Positions 48,642-58,800 of a stretch of 64,000 nt of DNA are shown in pieces. The stretch comes from a virus (lineage: Duplodnaviria > Caudoviricetes): positions 444-64,443 of IMG/VR virus record IMGVR_UViG_2551306416_000003. The stretch is one strand, 5' to 3'. A program made the translations under genes and the position numbers. Within the stretch, counting starts at the first letter, position 1. Each line of letters begins with the position of its first letter. A model generated the notes under the pieces. The model saw only the letters and a program-made list of their open reading frames with translations, had not been told where the DNA came from and searched no databases.

Positions 48642-49684
48642 CAGGCGCCACCCGCTGCCGCATCCTGCAGCACCACGTTTTCCACCAGGGCGGCCAGGCC
48701 CTCATCCTCGATCACGTAGGCATCGTTGGACGATTCATAGTTTTCGATGCGGTCGGCCTTCGGTTCATCAACCACGCGACGGCGGCGGCCACCGTTCTGG
48801 AAGTAGATCGACAGATTGTCCAGACGGGTAATCAACATGGCATTGGCTGGGAAGGACGGTACCCGCACAGCCGGCAGGCCGCCGATGCGCTTCTGGCTCA
48901 CGATGATGTCAGCGGCCAGGACTTCGGTCGGTGCTTGTGCCTTGTTGATCAGCGGGAAATACTTGTCATGCAGCAGTTCACGACCGACGATCACCACCAG
49001 ACCGGTATCGTCCTGATACCACGGGTCCAGATTGGTTACCGCGTCATACACGGCGGCATCGAGGTTCACATAATCGGCACCTTCGCCTTTGCCGATGATG
49101 ACCTTGCCCGGCAGATCCTGGCCGACCAGGCCCATGACACGCTGCGGGGACTGCTCGCGGATCTGCTGCAGCCAGCCCTTGTTCACGTCCTGCAGCAGCG
49201 GATACTGGTCGAGATTGGTATCGGCCGCGACCTTCACGCCGTTGAAGCCGATCATGATGCGGTCCAGTGCCTGGCGCTTCAGAATGGCATTAGCCAGGCG
49301 CAACTGGAAGTCCTGGAACTTGGCCCAGGCATCCAGCTTGGCATAGGTGATATGGGTGTCGAAGTTGGTTTTCTCGCAGCGATAGCGGGTGTTCGACAGG
49401 GCCGATGCATCGCGGGTGTTACGGCGCTTGTCGCCGCGGGTATCGGTGCGGCTGGCGATGGGGCCGGACACGCCCAGGCCGATCTTCTCGCCTTCCAGTT
49501 CATCGACGCCAATCAGGTTGATGCTGGACAGGAATTCCGACGATTCCTGCATTTTGTCTTCCAGCTTCTGCTGCACGCTCGGGTCTACCGAGAACGTCGA
49601 ATGGACGGCGCCGCCAGCGACATCATTCAGGCTCGCCAGGCGCGCAGTGTAGGCGTTATAGGCGGCACGGGTCTGATTCTTCAT
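48641..49684 (-). CDS. Major capsid protein gpN
   Basis: F.V.PSV.Q.LE..MQESS.FL..IN...LD.IMIGFNG...LQDVN.GWL. Confidence 0.96.
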   Translation of the reverse strand: MKNQTRAAYNAYTARLASLNDVAGGAVHSTFSVDPSVQQKLEDKMQESSEFLSSINLIGVDELEGEKIGLGVSGPIASRTDTRGDKRRNTRDASALSNTRYRCEKTNFDTHITYAKLDAWAKFQDFQLRLANAILKRQALDRIMIGFNGVKVAADTNLDQYPLLQDVNKGWLQQIREQSPQRVMGLVGQDLPGKVIIGKGEGADYVNLDAAVYDAVTNLDPWYQDDTGLVVIVGRELLHDKYFPLINKAQAPTEVLAADIIVSQKRIGGLPAVRVPSFPANAMLITRLDNLSIYFQNGGRRRRVVDEPKADRIENYESSNDAYVIEDEGLAALVENVVLQDAAAGGA

Positions 49685-49735
49685 GTGTTCTGCTCCAGGG
49701 TAAATGCGTAAAAGGGGGGACGGGCCAGGGCCGGC

Positions 49736-50578
49736 TTAGAACTCGGTCAGCGCAGCGCCGCTGCTGCCGCCACCGGTGGCCGGTGGGCGCTGCACGTTGC
49801 TCTTGTCGGTCAGATTGACGGTCTGGCGGAACTGCTCGGCGGTGGTCGATTCATCGCCGACGCGCTTCTCCAGCTTCTCCAGGCGCGCCACGGCCTCGGC
49901 AACATCCTTGCCAGTCTGCGCGGCGGCTTGTGCGAACTCGCCCACCTTTGCGGCCACGGCTGTCATGGCAGCAACCACGTCAGCGTGCTGGGCATCGGCC
50001 TTCTTCTCGCCGCCACCGATGCGGCTAAACAGTTGCTTGATGGTCTCGGCCACGCTCGGGCCGTCTTCCTCGAATTCGATCTTGGCCTCGATGGCTTCGG
50101 AGAACAGGTTCTCGGGTTTCAGCTTGCGCGGGGTGAAGGGGGATGCCTTGGGATTGGTGGCCGAGAACTGCAGAATTTCGGTGCCCAGGCTCGCGGGACT
50201 GTCGGTGACGGCCAGGCCGACCAGATAGGAACTGCCGGTATCGGCAAACTTGTCGGCCAGCTCGATGCTGGTGTAGATCTTCTGACGATCCTTGTTCATG
50301 GCGATGAGCGCGGGTGTCGGCTCGATCTGTGCGAACAGGGCCAGGCGCTTACCGTTCTCGGTATCGACTTCTTCCGCCTTCAGCGACAGCACATCGCCAT
50401 ACGCCTTGAACGGACCATCGGGCAGCAGGCTGCGCAGGTGTTCGACCCACACGCGAGCGCCATAGGTTTTCACGTTGTAGCTGTCGGCCATTTGCTGGAT
50501 TTGCTCGCGGGTGATGCTGCGGCCGTCAGTGGTCGCGCCCTCAGTCGCGACGCGGAAAAATTTGCTCTTGGTTGCCAT
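49736..50578 (-). CDS. Capsid scaffolding protein/protease gpO
   Basis: SKFFRVATEGATTDGR...QK.YTSIE...YLVGLAVTDSPASLGT. Confidence 0.96.
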   Translation of the reverse strand: MATKSKFFRVATEGATTDGRSITREQIQQMADSYNVKTYGARVWVEHLRSLLPDGPFKAYGDVLSLKAEEVDTENGKRLALFAQIEPTPALIAMNKDRQKIYTSIELADKFADTGSSYLVGLAVTDSPASLGTEILQFSATNPKASPFTPRKLKPENLFSEAIEAKIEFEEDGPSVAETIKQLFSRIGGGEKKADAQHADVVAAMTAVAAKVGEFAQAAAQTGKDVAEAVARLEKLEKRVGDESTTAEQFRQTVNLTDKSNVQRPPATGGGSSGAALTEF

Positions 50579-50655
50579 GAGTTTTCGCGCTCGTTATCGG
50601 TTGATCGGATAACGCCATCTTCTGCCGATGGGCGAAATGCTTCAATGAAGTGAGG

Positions 50656-50676
50656 GTTGAAAAGGGGGATAGCGAC
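50656..50676 (+). promoter_or_regulatory. Putative Ogr-binding site of late promoter pP
   Basis: GTT-N15-GAC, 18 nt, CGCGCGCG, 19 nt, ATG. Confidence 0.55.
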
Positions 50677-50721
50677 TCTGCAAAGTCCCCGCTACGCGCG
50701 CGCGCCGCCTACGCTTGCGGC

Positions 50722-52503
50722 ATGTTAGATATTCCAGAAGACATCAAGGACAACATCGATCAGGCGACCGAGCCTCGGCAGCTTGCGCGCCGCCTGTATT
50801 TCGAGGGCTGGCGCATCTCGTCGATTGCGCGCCACCTGAAGATTAAGCGTTCCACCGTCAATAGCTGGAAGCACCGCGATGAATGGGAAAAGGTCTCGCG
50901 CCTGGAGCGCGTAGAGATTGCCCTTGAAGCGCGCATAGTGCAACTGATCGCCAAGGAAGTAAAGGGCAATGGCGAGTACAAGGAACTCGATGCACTGATG
51001 CGCCAGCTTGTGCAGGCCGCGCGCGTGCGCCGCTATGAGCAGCCGGGCGGCAACGAAACCGATCTCAATCCCAAGATCGCCAATCGTAACGCCGGCCCCA
51101 AGAAGAAGCCGGTGCGCAATGAGTTCAGCGAGGAGGCGCAGCAGCGCATCGTCGAGGCCTTCAATGAGTCGCTGTTCGACTATCAAAAGGTCTGGTTCCG
51201 CAATGGCAGCGAGCGCACGCGCATCATTCTCAAGTCGCGTCAGATCGGCGCGACCTGGTACTTCGCACGCGAGGCATTGATTGATGCCATCCAGACCGGG
51301 CGCAATCAGATTTTTCTCTCAGCCTCGAAGTCGCAAGCGCACGTTTTCAAGCAGTACATCATCCAGTTTGCGAAGGATGCGTGCGGCGTGGAGTTGTCCG
51401 GCGATCCTATCGTCCTGCCCAATGGCGCGCACCTGTATTTCCTCGGCACGAACGCAAGAACCGCCCAGGGCTATCACGGCAATTTCTATTTCGATGAATT
51501 CTTCTGGACGCACAATTTCACGGAATTGAACAAGGTCGCGTCCGGCATGGCCTTGCACAAGAAGTGGCGCAAAACCTATTTCTCGACGCCCTCGGCCACC
51601 ACGCACCAGGCATACCCCTTCTGGACCGGCGAGGCGTTCAACAAGCGGCGCGCCAAGGGCGACAAGGTCAATATCGATATCAGCCACAAGCGGCTGTCAT
51701 CCGGCTTCACGGGCGAGGACAAAATATGGCGCCAGATCGTCACGATCATGGACGCTGCGGCCGGTGGTTGCGATCTGTTCGACATTGATGAACTGCGCGA
51801 CTTCGAATACTCGCCGGACCAGTTCGACAACCTGCTGATGTGCAATTTCATCGACGATTCTGCGTCGGTGTTTCCGCTCGCTGACCTACAGCGCGGCATG
51901 GTCGATTCGTGGGTGGATTGGGATGACTACAAGCCCTTTACGGCGCGACCCTTCGGCCACCGTCCCGTGTGGATCGGCTATGACCCTTCGCTGACGGGTG
52001 ACAGTGCCGGCTGCTCGGTGATTGCACCACCACTGGTCCCAGGCGGCAATTTCCGCATTCTGGAGCGCCACCAGTGGCGGGGTAAGGATTTTTCGGAACA
52101 GGCCGCGCTCATCAAGGAAATGTGCGGCCGGTACAACGTCCAGTACATCGGCATCGATACCACCGGCATGGGTGTGGGTGTCTTCCCGCTGGTCAAACAA
52201 TTCTTCCCCGCAGTGACGCCCATCAGCTATTCGCCGGAAGTCAAAACACGGATGGTGCTGAAGGCCCAAAACATCATCCGCAGTGGCCGCCTGCAATTCG
52301 ATGCCGGCTGGACTGATATCGCGCAGTCCTTCATGGCCATACGCAAGATCCTCACGCCCAGCGGACGCGCCGTCACCTATGACGCCGGTCGCTCGGAAGA
52401 AACCGGTCACGCTGACTTGGCCTGGTCGGTCATGCACGCCCTCGATTACGAACCGTTCGAAGGCACCACCGCTAACAACACCTCTTCCATGGAGTTCTTC
52501 TGA
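50722..52503 (+). CDS. Terminase ATPase subunit gpP
   Basis: LKSRQIGATWYFAREA, FDEFFW, GIDTTG. Confidence 0.96.
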   Translation: MLDIPEDIKDNIDQATEPRQLARRLYFEGWRISSIARHLKIKRSTVNSWKHRDEWEKVSRLERVEIALEARIVQLIAKEVKGNGEYKELDALMRQLVQAARVRRYEQPGGNETDLNPKIANRNAGPKKKPVRNEFSEEAQQRIVEAFNESLFDYQKVWFRNGSERTRIILKSRQIGATWYFAREALIDAIQTGRNQIFLSASKSQAHVFKQYIIQFAKDACGVELSGDPIVLPNGAHLYFLGTNARTAQGYHGNFYFDEFFWTHNFTELNKVASGMALHKKWRKTYFSTPSATTHQAYPFWTGEAFNKRRAKGDKVNIDISHKRLSSGFTGEDKIWRQIVTIMDAAAGGCDLFDIDELRDFEYSPDQFDNLLMCNFIDDSASVFPLADLQRGMVDSWVDWDDYKPFTARPFGHRPVWIGYDPSLTGDSAGCSVIAPPLVPGGNFRILERHQWRGKDFSEQAALIKEMCGRYNVQYIGIDTTGMGVGVFPLVKQFFPAVTPISYSPEVKTRMVLKAQNIIRSGRLQFDAGWTDIAQSFMAIRKILTPSGRAVTYDAGRSEETGHADLAWSVMHALDYEPFEGTTANNTSSMEFF

Positions 52504-53555
52504 TGAAACACAGAGCACGCCGCCGTGCGGCTGCATCCACCAACACGCCACCGACCACCGTGCCGGCGCCGGCCACGCCATCGGTCGAGGCATTCACGTT
52601 CGGCGATCCGTCGCCGGTTCTGGAAGGTCGGGACATGCTGGCCGATGCCGAGTGCTATCGCAATGGCGACTGGTACGAGCCGCCCTTGAGCATGGCCGGC
52701 CTGGCCAAGTCGCTCAATGCCAGCGTCCATCACGCCAGCGCCATCTGGTGCAAGGTCAACATCCTGGCCTCGACCTTCCAGCCGTCCGCCGTCTTGTCGC
52801 GCGCCGACTTCACACGCCTGGCCCTGGACTTCCTGCTGTTCGGCAATTGCTATGCCGAGCGGCGCGAGAGCATGACCGGCAAGCTGTTGAGTCTCAAGCC
52901 AGCACTGGCCAAGTACACGCGCGTGGGCGTGGAGCCGGGGCGGTACTTCTTCGTCAACGGCTGGCGCGCCAACTACGAATTTGAGCCGGATTCCATTTGG
53001 CACCTGCAAGCGCCGGATATCAACCAGGAAGTGTATGGCGTGCCGCAGTACGTGAGCGCATTGCAATCGGCCTGGCTCAATGAATCGGCCACGCTGTTCC
53101 GTCGCCGCTACTACCTCAACGGCTCGCACGCGGGCTTCATCCTCTACATGACCGACACGGCCAGCAACGTCAATGACGTGGACAAGCTGCGCGAGGCCAT
53201 GCGCAACAGCAAGGGGCCGGGCAACTTCCGCAACCTGTTTGTGTATGCGCCGGGCGGCAAGAAAGATGGCCTGCAAATCCTGCCGGTCTCCGAGATCGCG
53301 GCCAAGGATGAATTTTTCAACATCAAGAACTGCACGCGTGACGACGTACTGGCCGCGCATCGTGTGCCGCCGCAATTACTCGGGACCATGCCTAACAACA
53401 CCGGCGGATTCGGCGATGTGACGAAGGCCGCCGCCGTCTTTGGCTGCAACGAGATTGAGCCGTTGCAGGCGCAGTTCCTTTCCTTGAACGAGTGGGCCGG
53501 CCAAGAGGTGGTCCGCTTCCGTCCCTATCAACTTCCTACCAATGAGGGCAAATAA
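52503..53555 (+). CDS. Portal protein gpQ (PBSX family)
   Basis: FTFGDP...WYEPP...QEVYGVP.Y...RRRYY.NG.HAGFI. Confidence 0.96.
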   Translation: MKHRARRRAAASTNTPPTTVPAPATPSVEAFTFGDPSPVLEGRDMLADAECYRNGDWYEPPLSMAGLAKSLNASVHHASAIWCKVNILASTFQPSAVLSRADFTRLALDFLLFGNCYAERRESMTGKLLSLKPALAKYTRVGVEPGRYFFVNGWRANYEFEPDSIWHLQAPDINQEVYGVPQYVSALQSAWLNESATLFRRRYYLNGSHAGFILYMTDTASNVNDVDKLREAMRNSKGPGNFRNLFVYAPGGKKDGLQILPVSEIAAKDEFFNIKNCTRDDVLAAHRVPPQLLGTMPNNTGGFGDVTKAAAVFGCNEIEPLQAQFLSLNEWAGQEVVRFRPYQLPTNEGK

Positions 53556-53557
53556 TC

Positions 53558-53776
53558 ATGAGCGATCACGCCGACAACGCGGACAGCAGAATCTATCGAA
53601 CCATCGCGGCCGGCCTGGCCGCCGCACGACGCGCGCCAGCGCTTCAGCCAGACTGCCGCTGCCATTTCTGTGATGAGGTGGTGTCGCCGGATTTGCTGTT
53701 CTGCAATATCGACTGCCGTGATGACTATCAGCGCGAGAAAACTGCCTTGCAGCGAGCCGGCCTGAGCAGCAGGTGA
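53558..53776 (+). CDS. Small Cys-rich zinc-ribbon protein
   Basis: C.CHFC....FC..DCRDDY. Confidence 0.7.
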   Translation: MSDHADNADSRIYRTIAAGLAAARRAPALQPDCRCHFCDEVVSPDLLFCNIDCRDDYQREKTALQRAGLSSR

Positions 53777-54091
53777 GTCAATCGGTAGAAATAAAAAGGC
53801 CTCGCAGCAAATGCTACGAGGCGAAGATGCAAGCGTAGGGGCATCCTGCGTTGCATTGGGGAAGCCCCCGAGTAGGGGGCATCAGAATGTAGCATATTGC
53901 TGCCTATTTCGCATTTCTAAATGTTTTTCAAGTCCTTGATTTAGCTGGTGCAATGAAATAGATTGAAATCTCCTCCTCCAAATCAATGTGGTGGTTTGGT
54001 TTAAGCCCGCCTGCCAACCGGTAGCGGGCTTTTTTCTAGTAAAGTATTCGAGCAGCTTGCGCCATTGCCGTGCAGAGATGAAGCGCTCCAA

Positions 54092-54355
54092 CTACTGGTG
54101 TGCTTCATCTCTTACCTTGCTCGCTATCTTTGCATGCGCGGTCCAGATAGCCATGCTGCGCAGGCTGTCGAAGTCTGGATAAACGTTCGCGGTATCCCTG
54201 ATGATCTCAATGTCACTTCCTTTGCGGAGTTCAATGGCCATACGCCATCCGCCCCCGATTTCGTATCCGATGATGAGGATTTCGAATCCTTGATAGTCGA
54301 AGCTATAGTTGAGCGATTGCATCATGACATATTCTGGAAGTCGCCCGTATACCAT
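54092..54355 (-). CDS. Hypothetical protein
   Basis: 87-aa ORF, AT-richer than phage genes. Confidence 0.5.
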   Translation of the reverse strand: MVYGRLPEYVMMQSLNYSFDYQGFEILIIGYEIGGGWRMAIELRKGSDIEIIRDTANVYPDFDSLRSMAIWTAHAKIASKVRDEAHQ

Positions 54356-54533
54356 CCGCGGGGTGTTTTATTAGAAGGTGCAGGGAATTGCTCTTCCCAA
54401 TTTTTGTGCGTCGAAGATAGAGTTTAGACAAACGAGCGCTAACAACAAGCTGAGCCACGAAGACGTCAATGCTGAGTGCCGCCGGTTGACTTGAAGAACC
54501 TCTCTCGGGAAGTCTCGAATAAGGGTGTCCCCG

Positions 54534-54704
54534 CTAGCACGCACAGCCAGGCCTGAGCAAATTCCACAACGCCGCGTTCGGTCTGCCGTCGCCATCGTCG
54601 AAGACGACCACGCGCAGCTCCCCGATATTGTGCGCCTCATCGCCCAGCAGCTCGCGGGCAATCTCCACGCCGTTGCGGCGCATCTGATAAACGATCACTT
54701 GCAT
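54534..54704 (-). pseudogene. Degenerate small gene coupled to umuC
   Basis: MQVIVYQMRRNGVEI start follows the umuC stop; frame ends early. Confidence 0.4.
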
Positions 54705-54706
54705 GC

Positions 54707-55902
54707 TTACCTCACGCGCGGCAGCGCCGCCCAATCGGTTGTGTAATGGGGCGTCACGTGCTCGAAGCGCGCCGCCCAGCGGTGCGGACCGGCGGCGCTG
54801 GCCAGGCGCACGGTGTCGCGTCCGAAACGCTTGTTGATGATGTCGAAGGCCGCCATCAGCGGTGCCGATGACATCGCCGACACGCCGCGGCCAAAGAGCG
54901 TGCCCTGACGCGCCTGGCCCTCGGCCAGATCCATCAGCATGATGCCGGCCTTCTTGTAGAGGAACTCGGGCCGGTAGATCCGGCGCAGACCCCACATCGC
55001 CGCCTTGACGATCACCCGCAGATCATCGGTCGGCTCAGGCAGGGGCACGGTGCGGCCGTTGTTGTATTGCGGTTCGTCCAGCTTGAAGCGATCGGTCTCC
55101 ACGAAGACATGCACGGCACCGCAGGTGGAGCCCTGCGCGCGCAGCTTCTCGGCGGCGCGGGCGGCGTAGGTGCTGACGGACTCCTCGATCTCGCGCAGGC
55201 CCGACACGCGCTCGCCATAGGAGCGCGATGAGACAATCTGCTGACGCGGCGGTGCCACGTCCTCAGGGCCAGGCAGGAGACGCCGCGCAGCTCGGTGATG
55301 CGCCGGCCCACGTCCCAGACATCGCCCACTTCAATCTTGGCCAGCAACTGGTCGACCTCGGCCGGCGGCAGGCTGGACAGGTCGCACACGCCGGCGAATT
55401 GGGGCTGCTTCTTCGTGATGTGGTTGGCCAGCTTGGCCAGCGTCTTGGTGGCACCGATACCGACGCAGACGGGCACGCCGACCCAGCTCAGGACGTGGTG
55501 CCGGATGGCCTGGCCCATGTCGCTCATGCTCGGCCAGTGGCCGGCCAGGCCATCCAGGGCGAGGAAGCTCTCATCAATGGTGTAGACCTCCAGGCGCGGG
55601 CTGTACTGGCGCAGCACGTCGGTGACGCGGTTGCTCATGTCCGCATAGAGGGTGTAGTTGGAGGACAGGGCCACGATGCCGTGCTGGCGGGCCAGGTCCT
55701 GCATCATGAACCAGGGCGCGGCCATCTTGATGCCCAGCGCCTTGGCCTCGTTGGAGCGCGCCACGGCGCAGCCGTCATTGTTGGACAGCACCACCACCGG
55801 CCGCGCGAGCAGCTTGGGATCGAAGACCCGCTCGCAGGACACGTAGAAATTATTGACGTCGACCAGAGCGAAACCGGCCGGGCCGAGCGGCTGGGCGCTC
55901 AC
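54707..55902 (-). pseudogene. umuC: Y-family DNA polymerase V catalytic subunit, broken
   Basis: [14 protein letters not shown]...YTIDESF; GRRI/TELRG junction lacks the HhH segment and a 1-nt loss at GCCCTGAGGACG splits off the C-terminal half. Confidence 0.9.
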
Positions 55903-56366
55903 AGCATCTTCCTGGCCACGCCTACCACCACGCCGAAGACCTCCAGCACCTCGCCATCGCCGAAGCGGATCGGGCGGAAATCCGGGTTCTCGGGGTGGAG
56001 CTCATAGGCGCCGTTGACCAGGCGCAGGCGCTTGATGGTGAATTCGCCATTGACGATGGCCACCACGATGTGGCCGGGCTGGGCGAGATAGAGCGGTCCA
56101 CCACCACCTTGTCGCCCTCGACGATGTGTGCGTCGCTCATGCTCCAGCCGGCCACATCGAAGAGGAAGGTGCAGGCGACGCGATCTACGAGGTATTGATT
56201 CAGGTCCAGCGGATCGGCGGTGTAGTCAGCGGCGGGACTGGGGAAGCCGGCGTGCAGCTTGTGCGTGATATGCAGTGTCAGCGGCCCGCCGGCGAACTGG
56301 ATAGCCGGCACGGGCCTGACGGGACTCCCTGGCGGGATCGGTGCGGGATAGGTGAGGCGCGACATA
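55899..56366 (-). pseudogene. umuD: UmuD/LexA-family S24 peptidase, frameshifted
   Basis: AGFPSPAADY...G.SM...; frameshift near 56085 separates VVAIVNGEFTIKRL. Confidence 0.9.
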
Positions 56367-56397
56367 TTGACAACTAGGGATGGTGATTTTTCAATAA

Positions 56398-56417
56398 TAC
56401 TGTATGTGCGTACAGTA
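56398..56417. promoter_or_regulatory. LexA (SOS) box upstream of umuD
   Basis: TACTGTATGTGCGTACAGTA contains CTG-N10-CAG. Confidence 0.9.
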
Positions 56418-56446
56418 TAAATCACTTTCCCGGCCCTGCGCGCGCG

Positions 56447-56465
56447 GTTGCCCCCACCCCGCGCC
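56447..56465 (-). other. P2-type cos site of prophage 2
   Basis: Identical to 13678-13696; lies downstream of the portal gene as expected. Confidence 0.78.
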
Positions 56466-56958
56466 TGGCCGCTACATAGGTGGTTTTTGACTCAAATTTG
56501 CGTCATCAGCCGAAGCCCTCCCAGCCTGGCCGGACGCCCCAACCTTAGGACATCAAATGTGACGCATTTTGACGCATCGGCGCGCTGGTTACCCGTTGTC
56601 AAAGTGGAGCGATTCTGCTATTTCTTCTATAAATATTAAAATTTCAACAATGACTTTAGGTGCAAGGATGAGCGAACAAGGGGAAGCAAATCAGGAGAAT
56701 CAAAAGTCCGGAGCAACGGATCATGTCGTTAAAGCGCCAAAAATCCAACGACAAATAGCTACCACCGATCTGCCTCGCAAAACCTTGGAGGAATGCATGG
56801 CGGTCGCGCGTCCAATTTTTGAATTCTATGCAGGTAACGCAGCGACGTGAGGTAGATGCCCCTAGAGTCTTCCGGTCACACTTACCGAGTCTCACGTATA
56901 CAGACCTCTTAACGATCTGTTGTCATTTTAAAAAAGTTGGAACCTTTTAACGCATAGT

Positions 56959-58344
56959 TTGCATTGTCTTATACCGGGGGAGCTGGTGAGTAGCGAGAAA
57001 TTTAACGAGAACGGACAGGTAGGTTCAACTACCGTCAGAGTACTTACACAAGCAAAAAATACCGATAGCACGGAACGTCCAGCGGTTGCTTTAGTAGTAG
57101 AGCAATACGAAAAGGCTGTCAGGGTCATCTCGGAGACCGCGCGTATAGCTCTGCCCCATATCGTGCGATGGACCGCTGACGAGATGGATGCATTGCAAAA
57201 GAAAATCCAAGGTGTCGTCCCCCTTTCCTCAGACGATAACATCGTAACGATAAAGCTACCATCTGCCAGAAAATTCGCTGAGTTCCGAGACGACCTCAAA
57301 CGCTTCGATGACCTCCGTGCGATAAACACAGCTAGCGTATTGACGCGAAGCCTTTTTACACAGCTGTTCGCGGAATTTGATGCGTTCATAGGAGAACTCC
57401 TCAAAACCATATATCTGAAAAACGATAATCTCTTGAAGGGGATTTCAAGGGAAATTTCTTTAGCTGAGTTGTTAGATTTTTCTGATTTGTCGGCTGTAAA
57501 GAAGGCGCTCCTGGAAAAGGAAATCGACTCAATACGGCGCGACAGCTACGTTGAGCAATTTTCTGCGCTCGAAAAGAAATTTGGGATCACTTTGAAGAAA
57601 TTTTCTGAGTGGTCGCAATTTGTCGAACTCTCTCAGAGAAGGAATATTCTCACCCACAACGGAGGGGTAGTGAGTGATCAGTATTTGGCCGTATGTGGTC
57701 GGGAGGGCTATAAATTCAGTGGTGTTGCACCCAAAATCGGAGATTTGCTTGACGTACCTTTTGACTATTTTGTCTCGGCCTCTCGGCTGCTATCAAAAGT
57801 CGGTTTGATGCTTGGTTACACGCTCTGGAATAAAGTATATCCGGATGAAACCGACTCGATGCATCACGAACTAAACAACCTTCTCTATAGCTGTCTTGAG
57901 CAAAAGCGATTCAAATTCGTCGCTGAGTTAGGGGATTTCGTTTTTAGTGAGCCTATGCGAAAAAAGCTTGTGGACATCGACTATCGCGTTCGGATTGTGA
58001 ACATCGCAATCGGAATGAAATTCTCTGACAATCACGAACAAGCAATTCAGCTATTGAGATCGGTAGACTGGAGCGCAAGCTATCGCGACTTCCGGCTGGC
58101 CCAAGCCGTGTTGGAGGACAGATATGCGGAGGCTACGGAAATGATGAAGAATATCGGTAAAAAAGGAGAGATCCTCAATCAGGACGCCTACCACTCTTGG
58201 CCGCTATTCAGTCGATTCCGCGAAAGACCTGAATTCTATGACGCATATCTTGAAATTTACGGGGAACCCTTTTCTGAAAAGCTACCGGGAGAACAAGGTG
58301 AGGTTCAGGCTCCGACAGTAGCAGATGAGGAACTTCCCGAATGA
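56959..58344 (+). CDS. Putative HEPN-domain protein with helical-repeat C-terminus
   Basis: LFAEFDAFI and RNILTH (Rx4H); AT-rich; start may be GTG at 56986. Confidence 0.6.
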   Translation: MHCLIPGELVSSEKFNENGQVGSTTVRVLTQAKNTDSTERPAVALVVEQYEKAVRVISETARIALPHIVRWTADEMDALQKKIQGVVPLSSDDNIVTIKLPSARKFAEFRDDLKRFDDLRAINTASVLTRSLFTQLFAEFDAFIGELLKTIYLKNDNLLKGISREISLAELLDFSDLSAVKKALLEKEIDSIRRDSYVEQFSALEKKFGITLKKFSEWSQFVELSQRRNILTHNGGVVSDQYLAVCGREGYKFSGVAPKIGDLLDVPFDYFVSASRLLSKVGLMLGYTLWNKVYPDETDSMHHELNNLLYSCLEQKRFKFVAELGDFVFSEPMRKKLVDIDYRVRIVNIAIGMKFSDNHEQAIQLLRSVDWSASYRDFRLAQAVLEDRYAEATEMMKNIGKKGEILNQDAYHSWPLFSRFRERPEFYDAYLEIYGEPFSEKLPGEQGEVQAPTVADEELPE

Positions 58345-58602
58345 GGTAACACGGTCGAGAATTAAACTAGTCCTTCGGCATCAACTTGAGCCAGGTAGAT
58401 CGAAACTGCGTGGAACTAATCGTCAGATTCCGCCCATGACGGCATTGCCCACTGCGCTCTTATGTGGAGAAGAATACAGGAGCAGCGGGCGGGTTATTGA
58501 ACAAATCGTGATTCAATAAAATCAGTTGGTTAGCGCAGATGAGCGAAGATTTAAATAACCCAGATGCGACACCATAACCCTCTGATTTTTCTAATATTTC
58601 TG

Positions 58603-58663
58603 GCTGACGTGTAGCTAATTCGTAATCAGTAGGTCGACGGTACGATTCCACCCATCAGCACCA
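58603..58663 (+). pseudogene. Pseudo-tRNA-Thr(CGT)
   Basis: GCTGACG...CATCAGC-ACCA acceptor, TTCGTAA anticodon loop, GGTACGATTCC T-loop variant; D-arm and 5' anticodon stem missing. Confidence 0.65.
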
Positions 58664-58800
58664 GTTTATAAGGGGTTCTGGCTCAAAGGACTGTGCGGCG
58701 CTTTCGTATTACGCGAATACCTCTGGTGGGCCTTGTGGCATGAGTACTTCAGAAGATGCAAGTGTAGTAACATGCTGCATCATTTTCCCTCGAGCCTGTA

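Noticed and set aside
56668-56850. Short ORF whose LPRKTLEECMAVARPI segment recalls N-termini of TIR-associated proteins
   Set aside because: It stops after ~60 codons and I could not recover a continuing frame; at most a remnant
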